From Capsulimonadales bacterium (lineage in GTDB: Bacteria; Armatimonadota; Armatimonadia; Armatimonadales; Armatimonadaceae): a stretch of DNA of 36,049 nucleotides. Shown here piece by piece: positions 28,784-36,049 of this stretch. Position numbers and translations under genes: made by a program. The notes under the pieces are model-generated. The model ran no database searches and was not told the origin of the DNA. It was given only the letters and a program-made list of their open reading frames with translations. How positions within the stretch are numbered: position 1 is the stretch's first letter; each line of letters begins with the position of its first letter. The stretch lies in the NCBI GenBank assembly GCA_033762295.1, contig JANRLW010000122.1, positions 1-36,049 of the forward strand, given 5' to 3'.

Positions 28784-29906
28784 TCCGCCAGATCGGGTTG
28801 CGCCAGCGATGTCCGACCTTCGCCGCCTCTCGTACCCGGTCCTCGTCGATCTCGATACCCAGGCCGGGCGCGGTCATCAGAGGAACATACCCGGCCGTAT
28901 ATCGGAACACCGCCGGGTCCTTCAGATAATCGAGAACGTCCGATCCCTGATTGTAATGGATGCCCAGCGACTGCTCCTGAATAAAGGCGTTCGGGGTACA
29001 GAAATCGAGCTGCAGGGAGGCGGCCAGAGTGATGGGCCCGAGCGGACAGTGGGGCGCGACCGCGACATCGTACGCCTCCGCCATCGCCGCGATTTTTCGC
29101 AGTTCCCAGATCCCCCCGCAGTGAGAGATATCCGGCTGAATGATATCGGCCCCACCCGACGCCAGCAGCGATTTGAACTGCCACCGGGTAAACATCCGCT
29201 CGCCCGTCGCAATCGGCACCGTCGTATGGCGCGCGATTTCCAGCAAGGCTTCGTTGTTCTCGGGCAGCACCGGTTCCTCATAAAAGGTGGGCGCGTACGG
29301 TTCCAGCGCCCGGACCAGTGCCTTCGCCATCCCTTTGTGTACCCGGCCGTGGAAGTCGATCCCGACCGCGACCGCCGGTCCGACCGCGGCGCGCACCGCC
29401 GCCATCCGTTCGGCGGCCAACTGCACCTTTTCGAGCGAGTCGATCCATTCCATCGGTCCGGTGCCGTTCATCTTGACGGCGGTGTACCCCTCGCCCAGAC
29501 GCTCCTTGGCATGCGCCGCGACACCCGACGGATCATCGCCCCCGATCCACGAGTAGACACGCATACGGTCACGCACCGCCCCACCGAGAAGTTCGTAGAT
29601 CGGGACGCCGAGTCGCTTCCCCTTGATATCCCATAACGCCTGTTCGATCCCGGAGATCGCCGATGTCAGAACCGGACCGCCGCGATAGAACCCGCCGCGA
29701 TACAGCACCTGCCAGAGATCCTCGATATTCCCCGCCGGCTGCCCGACCAGAAAATCCGACATCTCCTCGACACAGGCGCGGACGGTCTCGGCCTTTCCCT
29801 CGACGACCGGTTCTCCCCAGCCGTACGTGCCGTCACTGGCCGTTACCTTGAGAAAAAGCCACCGTGGCGGCACCGTAAACAGTTCCAAACGTTCGATCGT
29901 TGCCAT
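28755..29906 (-). CDS. dgoD: Galactonate dehydratase (enolase superfamily)
   Basis: VPPRWLFLKV, GWGEPVVEG, GGFYRGGP, DFHGR, APHCPLGP, IQEQSLGIHYN, DGSVTEW. Confidence 0.95.
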   Translation of the reverse strand: MATIERLELFTVPPRWLFLKVTASDGTYGWGEPVVEGKAETVRACVEEMSDFLVGQPAGNIEDLWQVLYRGGFYRGGPVLTSAISGIEQALWDIKGKRLGVPIYELLGGAVRDRMRVYSWIGGDDPSGVAAHAKERLGEGYTAVKMNGTGPMEWIDSLEKVQLAAERMAAVRAAVGPAVAVGIDFHGRVHKGMAKALVRALEPYAPTFYEEPVLPENNEALLEIARHTTVPIATGERMFTRWQFKSLLASGGADIIQPDISHCGGIWELRKIAAMAEAYDVAVAPHCPLGPITLAASLQLDFCTPNAFIQEQSLGIHYNQGSDVLDYLKDPAVFRYTAGYVPLMTAPGLGIEIDEDRVREAAKVGHRWRNPIWRNADGSVTEW

Positions 29907-29992
29907 ACCCGGCATTTCGCTCCGCCGCCCGGCTCTTCCTCCCCCGCCCCCTCGTACCGGTGGCCGACGAGGGGACGAGCGCAGGGCGGCGC

Positions 29993-30343
29993 TTACGCCG
30001 CGTTGTAGTAGAACCGCTCGCGGACGATCTTGCCGTTCTCCCAGGTCTGCACCGCGACCTGCTCCATGTGGTAATCGTTGCCGTCCGCGCCGACGAAGTC
30101 GAGCGCATTTTCGTAGAAGGAGACGTTCTCACCGACCACGAGGTTCGGGACCGAGAACGATTTCCACTCCTTGACGAAGGCGAGGAACTGCTCCTCACGC
30201 GCGATATTGGCCGCCAGACCGACGGTCGTGCCGTAGCGCGGTTCTTCCATCACCACATCCTCCGCGTAAAACTCCTTCATCGCTTCCAGGATACGCCCCT
30301 GACCGATATACTCCAGGAGTTCGTGCAGACGTACGTTCGACAT
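29993..30343 (-). CDS. SnoaL-like / NTF2-fold protein
   Basis: FYAEDVVMEEP...EQVAVQTWENGKIVRERFYY; AGAGGA SD. Confidence 0.88.
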   Translation of the reverse strand: MSNVRLHELLEYIGQGRILEAMKEFYAEDVVMEEPRYGTTVGLAANIAREEQFLAFVKEWKSFSVPNLVVGENVSFYENALDFVGADGNDYHMEQVAVQTWENGKIVRERFYYNAA

Positions 30344-30551
30344 ACGGATAATCCTCTTTCTTGCAATAGTGGCAACAGATACGAACCGGGACAGCCCTGT
30401 TGCCTTCCTTTCTCACTGACACCGCGCCTTCGGCGCCGTTCCGTTTTTGCGACGTTTTTTTTCGGCGACGGATAACTCCGCAGGCCTCGTTCAGGTTTGG
30501 GCAATCACGTTCCTGCAACCCGGACCCGTCGGGCGTTGTCCCTTTTAACCG

Positions 30552-30902
30552 ATGCTTCTGCTCCATATCGTTGATCGTTCCGCCTGGGAACGGGCCGCCG
30601 TCACCGGCGAGTATCGCGCGGATTCCCTCGAAACCGAGGGCTTCGTTCACCTTTCCACGCCCGAACAGGTTCTTTTGCCGGCCAACCGATTTTACCGGGG
30701 TCGGACCGGGTTGGTTCTGCTGGTGATCGATTCGGCTCGCCTGACCGCGCCGCTTCGTTTCGAAGCGGTCCCCGGACACGGGACCTTTCCTCACCTTTTC
30801 GGCCCGCTGAACACGAACGCGGTCCTGTCGATACTGACGTTCGAGCCGGACGAAAATGGAACGTTTTTCCTGCCGGAGGCGCTCCGCGATGCCACAAACT
30901 GA
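30552..30902 (+). CDS. DUF952 domain protein
   Basis: LHI...W...SLETEGFVHLST..Q...FPHLFGPLN. Confidence 0.9.
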   Translation: MLLLHIVDRSAWERAAVTGEYRADSLETEGFVHLSTPEQVLLPANRFYRGRTGLVLLVIDSARLTAPLRFEAVPGHGTFPHLFGPLNTNAVLSILTFEPDENGTFFLPEALRDATN

Positions 30903-31971
30903 TCCCCGCCCGACCGCCACCCCCTCGACCGTCGGCAGTCCGGGCATCTCCGAAACCCCGGCTTCGGGGTCCCCGGCCCCGGAAGCGACCCCGTCGGGGG
31001 ATTTCAGCCTCCCCTGGCTGCTCGGACTGCCGACGCCCACCCCCGCGCCGACCACGGCCCCTTCCCCCTCCCCCGCCGCGAAAACGGCCGCCAAATCGAC
31101 GGCAAAGGCGGACGGCGCGCTGCCCAACCTGACACGGACGATTGCCGAGGAGATCGTGAGCCTGCCGATCCTTCGCGACCTGCCGTTCAAAGTCACCCTG
31201 ATGGCCGGGATCGAACTGATCCTCCTGGGTGTTTTGTTCGTCGTCCTTCGGCGATACCTGGGACGGATCGTGCTTCGGGGAACGGAGACGATTGCGCGGC
31301 GGGCGGAGGGGGCGGGCGACCTGGCGAGGGCGGGACGCGTCCGATCCCTTGCCGGGACGATGCTGGGGGCCGCTTTCTGGACGCTCGGTTTCCTCTTTCT
31401 GGTGTTCGCGCTGAAAACGATCGGGGTGGACCCGACACCGTTGCTCGGAACCGCTTCCGTGGTCGGCATCGCCGTCGGTCTCGGGGCGCAAAAACTCGCC
31501 AAAGATACCCTGACCGGATTTTTCATTCTGCTGGAGGATCAGTACGTGGTCGGCGACTATGTGACAATCAGCGGCGTCACCGGAATCGTCGAGCAGTTGG
31601 GAATCCGGACGACCACATTGCGCGATGACGACGGCAAACTGTATATCCTGTCAAACGGGGATATCACGACGGTCTGCAACCATTCGCGCGGCCCGGTCGC
31701 CGGCAGTCTCGAGATACCGATCGCCGCCTCCGCCGACCCGGAACAGGCGATGCGGACCGTCCAAACCGCTCTGGATCGACGCCGGGACGAGTTCGGCCTG
31801 TCCGAATCGCCGAAGATGCTGGGAGTGACGACGGTGGACGCGGCCAAGACGGTAATCAAGATCGGCTTCAACGCGCCGCCGAACCAGCGTCCCGGATGGC
31901 TCGCGCCGCGCTTGCGGGCGGCCGCCCGGGCCGCCCTGGTCGATGCCGGCATCCCTCTCGGCGGCCCCTGA
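30889..31971 (+). CDS. Small-conductance mechanosensitive channel (MscS family)
   Basis: GIAVGLGAQKLAKD..GFFILLEDQYVVGD..G.VE.LGIRTT.LR..DG...N; Pro/Thr-rich N-terminus. Confidence 0.92.
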   Translation: MPQTDPRPTATPSTVGSPGISETPASGSPAPEATPSGDFSLPWLLGLPTPTPAPTTAPSPSPAAKTAAKSTAKADGALPNLTRTIAEEIVSLPILRDLPFKVTLMAGIELILLGVLFVVLRRYLGRIVLRGTETIARRAEGAGDLARAGRVRSLAGTMLGAAFWTLGFLFLVFALKTIGVDPTPLLGTASVVGIAVGLGAQKLAKDTLTGFFILLEDQYVVGDYVTISGVTGIVEQLGIRTTTLRDDDGKLYILSNGDITTVCNHSRGPVAGSLEIPIAASADPEQAMRTVQTALDRRRDEFGLSESPKMLGVTTVDAAKTVIKIGFNAPPNQRPGWLAPRLRAAARAALVDAGIPLGGP

Positions 31972-32280
31972 CCTTCGCGACCCACCGTCATTGGTCGGCA
32001 CGAAAAACCAGGGAAGATGGCACATTTCCGGCAGATTGTCGTCGTTTTTGTTTGATATTTGCACGGTTTAGCGCAGCAAACCGAACATACCCCTCCAGGA
32101 ATTCGGTCTGACGTTATCCTATCGAGACGGAATCGATCCGAAACCGAAAAATATCCGCATATGATTCTTCGCAACGGGAGAATGCGGGTATAATCCCTCC
32201 GTTTGCGGTCATCTATCGTTGCACATAAGCAAAATAGCGCAAACAAAACTACCAAAATTTCGTTTTCGGATGTTTATCCT

Positions 32281-33573
32281 ATGAAGAACCTGTCCAAGTT
32301 GTCATTTTTGGGGATTCTCATCGTACTCGTCATGCTGACTCAGGCACCCGGTGTGTCGGCTCAGGTTGAACACGGGGTACTTTCCGTCATTCAAAATGAC
32401 GCCAACAATAACCTCACCTCGGTCACGGTGACCAAAACTCAGGGGACGGCGGATTTCAACCTGCGTCCCGGCAGTAACCGGGGAGATTATAATATCCGGT
32501 TCAGCGACGCGCCGGACAATGACAGTGTGAATGGGGTGGCGATTTCCAGTGTTCGTCAGAACGGGCGCAATAATGGGGCCACCCCGAATGCCGGTGGGAA
32601 TACCTCGGGACTTCCGGCAGGGATCATCCATTCGACCAGTGCGGTTACTCCGAACAACCCGAATGATGTCACCGGCTCGTTTTTCATCCCGGTTTTTGCC
32701 GCCTTCGAAAGCACCTCCCCGGCCGTGGACAACGTTGAATTCAACGTCGATGTCGCCGTTGCCTACTTCGCTTTCTCCGACGGATGGCTGGCCGGAACTG
32801 CCGGAAACGGGTCCGCAGGCAACAATCAACCCATGACGGCGCAATCCAGCCGATTCGCGCCCGGAATCAACCTCGGCAACCAATTTGTGGATCAGGACGT
32901 AAACGCCGGGACCTATCTGTTGAATCTGACCGGTCTCGGAGCCTCCAGCCAGAATGGAATTTTGCTGGTCGGGGGGGCGAAAAATGAGGACAACTACGCT
33001 CTCTCCCGTGACAATGCCGACGGCACGTTTACCATCTTCTGCCACGATAACGCACAAAACGGTGCAAGCTACGAAAACGATCCGATCTCGTTCGTTTATG
33101 TGCCGAACACGGCGGTGAATGTTACCGCCGGGCGGGTCCGGGGCGACGGAACCCTGGAACTTTCCTTTAACGGATTCACCGACGGCACAGGCGGCACCGC
33201 CATCACTCGCCTGGATAACACCGGACGATACCTTATTCGAATCACCGGTCAGACCGACACCACCGGGACACTGATTATCAGCCCGGAAGGCGGTGAATCG
33301 AATAATGTCGATAACATTGTAACGTATGAGTGGAACCCCGGTCAGAACGGATGGATCGTGGAAACCCGTGATCTCTCGGCAACCGGGGCAGGCGCCAACC
33401 CGCAAAACCTGAATGCCGCAGAGGGCGCTTTCAGCTTCGCGTTCTTCTCCAATTTTCTGGAAGCCCGTCCCTTCTCCCTGTCCGCGACCGCACCGGAACC
33501 GACCAGCTTTCTCTTCCTTTCCCTGACGCTAGGTTTCCTGCCCCTGCGACGATGGCGACGCCGTTCGCCATGA
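32281..33573 (+). CDS. PEP-CTERM exosortase-sorted surface protein
   Basis: Signal peptide (VSA-Q), Asn/Gly/Thr-rich beta-type body, C-terminal APEPTS + hydrophobic segment + RRWRRR. Confidence 0.88.
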   Translation: MKNLSKLSFLGILIVLVMLTQAPGVSAQVEHGVLSVIQNDANNNLTSVTVTKTQGTADFNLRPGSNRGDYNIRFSDAPDNDSVNGVAISSVRQNGRNNGATPNAGGNTSGLPAGIIHSTSAVTPNNPNDVTGSFFIPVFAAFESTSPAVDNVEFNVDVAVAYFAFSDGWLAGTAGNGSAGNNQPMTAQSSRFAPGINLGNQFVDQDVNAGTYLLNLTGLGASSQNGILLVGGAKNEDNYALSRDNADGTFTIFCHDNAQNGASYENDPISFVYVPNTAVNVTAGRVRGDGTLELSFNGFTDGTGGTAITRLDNTGRYLIRITGQTDTTGTLIISPEGGESNNVDNIVTYEWNPGQNGWIVETRDLSATGAGANPQNLNAAEGAFSFAFFSNFLEARPFSLSATAPEPTSFLFLSLTLGFLPLRRWRRRSP

Positions 33574-33674
33574 ACCCGGTACGTTACCCCGGAACAGGGG
33601 GGCAGGTGGCCGGACGGATACTTCCGGCGTTCCCGTCGACCGATCGTTGACCCGGACAGGTACAATACCTTCCG

Positions 33675-34175
33675 ATGCCCGAGGAAATGCCTGACCAGCC
33701 TCGCCTGACGCATCTCTCCGACGCCGGAGAGGCGCGCATGGTCGATGTTTCGGATAAACCGGAGACGAAACGAACCGCCGTCGCCGCCGGATTCGTCCGG
33801 ATGAACGCCGAAACGCGCCGTCTGGTCGCCGAGAAAGCCCTGCCCAAAGGCGATGTCCTGACCGTCGCCCGTGTCGCCGGTATCCTCGCCGCCAAACGCG
33901 TCGGTGAATTGATCCCGATGTGCCATCCGCTGCCCCTGACCGAGGTCCGGGTGGACTTTCGCCTGACCGACGACGGCATCGCGCTGTCCGCCTCCGCGAG
34001 CTGTGTCGGTCGCACCGGCGTCGAAATGGAGGCGCTGACCGCCGTCACCGTCGCCGCACTGACCGTCTATGATATGTGCAAGTCCGCCGACAAGCGCATG
34101 GTGATCGAGGACGTACATCTCGTTTCCAAAACCGGCGGCAAGTCCGGCACGTTTCGCTTCGAGGAGGAGCCGTAG
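33675..34175 (+). CDS. moaC: Cyclic pyranopterin monophosphate synthase
   Basis: LTHL...[41 protein letters not shown]. Confidence 0.97.
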   Translation: MPEEMPDQPRLTHLSDAGEARMVDVSDKPETKRTAVAAGFVRMNAETRRLVAEKALPKGDVLTVARVAGILAAKRVGELIPMCHPLPLTEVRVDFRLTDDGIALSASASCVGRTGVEMEALTAVTVAALTVYDMCKSADKRMVIEDVHLVSKTGGKSGTFRFEEEP

Positions 34176-35393
34176 ATGCGGTCCTACGATGAGGCGATCG
34201 AACGCATTCTGGCGCAGGTCCCCGAGGAACGCACGCTGGAAACCGTTCCTCCGGAGCAGGCATCGGGCCGTCCGCTCGGTTTCGACGTCTTTGCAAGCGT
34301 CGATCTCCCGCCGTTCGATAACAGTGCGGTCGACGGCTTCGCGCTGAATCTCACCGCTTCCGATCGCCGCCCTCCCGGAGTCGCTTTCCCGATCACCCGG
34401 ACGATCTCCGCCGGTGACCCGCCCGGATCGCCCCTCGCCGGAAACGAAGCGGCCCGTATTCTGACCGGTGCGCCGGTCCCGCCGGGCTGCGATACCATCG
34501 TCATGGTCGAGGATACCGAGACCTCGCCGGACGGTTCGTCGGTCCTCCTCCGCGATGCCGGTTCGGCGCGTTACATCCGGCGAAAAGGAAGCGACGTTCG
34601 GCAGTCCGCACCGGGCGAGGTTCCGTTGCTCCCGGTCGGCACGCCACTCCGACCGGGCGCGATCGGTCTGCTCGCCGCTCTGGGCCGGACCGAGGTAGCG
34701 CTGTTCGCCCGTCCGAAGATCGCCCTCTTCTCCACCGGCGACGAACTCGTTCCGGCCGGGACCGTCTTCCTGCCGCCCGGTAAGATCCGTGACTCGAACG
34801 GTCCCGCACTTGCGGCGGCGGTCGCCGAGGCGGGCGGCGTCGTGACGATCCGGCAACCGATCGCCGACTCTCCGGAGGCCACCCGCACCGCTTTCGACAC
34901 GGCGGCGGATTGCGACCTGATCCTCACGTCGGGCGGCGTTTCGGTCGGCGATCGGGACTTCGTCAAAGCGGTCGCCGAGGAGCGAGGGACGCTCGTCTTT
35001 TGGAGGGTCGCGATTCGCCCCGGCAAGCCACTGGCCTTCGGACGGATCGGGAAGAGTCTCTTCTTCGGCCTGCCCGGCAACCCGGTCTCCTCGCTCGTGA
35101 CCTTCGAACTGTTCGTCCGACCGGTGATTCGTCGCTGGCTCGGTTTCCGCGATCTTTTCCGGCCACAGGTCCCCGCCGTCCTGACCGCCGACCTGCCCCA
35201 CGAACCGGGACGGCGGGAATTCGTTCGCGCGACCGTCTCCTGGGACGGAGGAATCTGCCGGGCGACGCCGACCGGGGCGCAGGGGTCCCATCGCCTCTCC
35301 ACCCTGATCGATGCCGACGCCTTTCTGATCGCTCATGAGGACCATGGGGATTACGCCGCCGGGTCCGAACTCCCGGCGATGCTGCTGTTGTAA
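34176..35393 (+). CDS. moeA: Molybdopterin molybdenumtransferase
   Basis: PPFDNSAVDGFA, ILTGAPVP, STGDEL, SGGVSVGDRD, RPGKP, GLPGNPVS. Confidence 0.96.
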   Translation: MRSYDEAIERILAQVPEERTLETVPPEQASGRPLGFDVFASVDLPPFDNSAVDGFALNLTASDRRPPGVAFPITRTISAGDPPGSPLAGNEAARILTGAPVPPGCDTIVMVEDTETSPDGSSVLLRDAGSARYIRRKGSDVRQSAPGEVPLLPVGTPLRPGAIGLLAALGRTEVALFARPKIALFSTGDELVPAGTVFLPPGKIRDSNGPALAAAVAEAGGVVTIRQPIADSPEATRTAFDTAADCDLILTSGGVSVGDRDFVKAVAEERGTLVFWRVAIRPGKPLAFGRIGKSLFFGLPGNPVSSLVTFELFVRPVIRRWLGFRDLFRPQVPAVLTADLPHEPGRREFVRATVSWDGGICRATPTGAQGSHRLSTLIDADAFLIAHEDHGDYAAGSELPAMLLL

Positions 35394-35410
35394 GCGATAC
35401 AATCCCTTCA

Positions 35411-36049
35411 ATGGGAATTCGAATCCTCGCCGCGGAAGACGGCATCGATGAGGCGGCCGACCGGCTGAGGGAGGGCCGCCTTGTCGCCTTTCCCACCGAA
35501 ACCGTGTACGGTCTGGGCGCGAACGCTCTGGACAACGATGCCGTCGCCGCCCTGTTCGCCCTGAAGGGTCGCCCCTCGACGAATCCGGTGATCGTCCATG
35601 TCGCCGATGCCGACGCCGCGCGTGCCCTCATTACCGACTGGCCCGACAACGCCGAACGACTCGCGCGCGCGTTCTGGCCCGGACCGCTGACTCTGGTTCT
35701 GCCGAAGACTCCCGCCGTACCCGGAATCGTCACGGCCGGTGGCCCCACGGTCGGGCTGCGCATGCCGGATCACCCGGTGGCGTTGCGCCTGCTCTCGGCC
35801 GCCGCCGTTCCGATTGCGGCTCCGTCCGCGAACCGCTCCGAGGAGGTCAGCCCGACCACGGCCGCCCACGTCGCCGACTCCCTGACGGCCTATGCCGACG
35901 ACCTTCTGATTCTGGACGGAGGCCCCTGCTCGGTCGGTATCGAGTCCACCGTTCTCGATGTCACGGTCGATGCGCCCCCCAGTATTAGGCCCGGGCGGGT
36001 AGACCCGACCCACCCAACGGCGGGCGGGGGGGATGTAGAGGAGGACGAT
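35411..36049 (+). CDS. tsaC: L-threonylcarbamoyladenylate synthase (Sua5/TsaC), partial; runs off the window end
   Basis: Not in the ORF track. Manual translation: LVAFPTETVYGLGANA..KGRPSTNPVIVHV..FWPGPLTLVL..APSANRS..GIESTVLD. Confidence 0.95.
   Translation, partial: MGIRILAAEDGIDEAADRLREGRLVAFPTETVYGLGANALDNDAVAALFALKGRPSTNPVIVHVADADAARALITDWPDNAERLARAFWPGPLTLVLPKTPAVPGIVTAGGPTVGLRMPDHPVALRLLSAAAVPIAAPSANRSEEVSPTTAAHVADSLTAYADDLLILDGGPCSVGIESTVLDVTVDAPPSIRPGRVDPTHPTAGGGDVEEDD

Noticed and set aside
35975..36049. Odd sequence at the tsaC 3' end (PPSIRPGRVDPTHPTAGGG)
   Set aside because: Codon usage and motif quality drop at the window edge; most likely low-quality contig-end sequence, not biology.

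Overview
GC-rich bacterial chromosomal segment, probably Armatimonadota-like (an inference from gene content: PEP-CTERM protein, extended ECF sigma factor, Firmicutes-type Pgi). Housekeeping genes: pgi, priA, zwf, gnd, tRNA-Leu/tRNA-Gly-tig-clpP-clpX, dgoD, mscS, moaC-moeA and a partial sua5/tsaC. No CRISPR array, integrase or transposase is visible. The most notable unexplained elements are: (1) a ~330-nt, extensively base-paired intergenic RNA candidate (about 5825-6157) with its own sigma70 promoter, lying between pgi and a hypothetical gene; (2) a beta-propeller/Zn-ribbon + membrane pseudokinase + exported VWA gene cluster (1-3567); (3) an ECF sigma factor fused to a degenerate APH/choline-kinase-like domain, in a rearranged patch that also holds an ECF remnant, a duplicated GNAT 3' end and an orphan excisionase-type HTH gene; (4) a TPR membrane protein with four copies of an unfamiliar GHTNIGGGNATGL repeat; (5) two tandem paralogous ~855-aa exported TPR proteins. 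All calls come from reading the sequence by eye; no database search or folding program was run.
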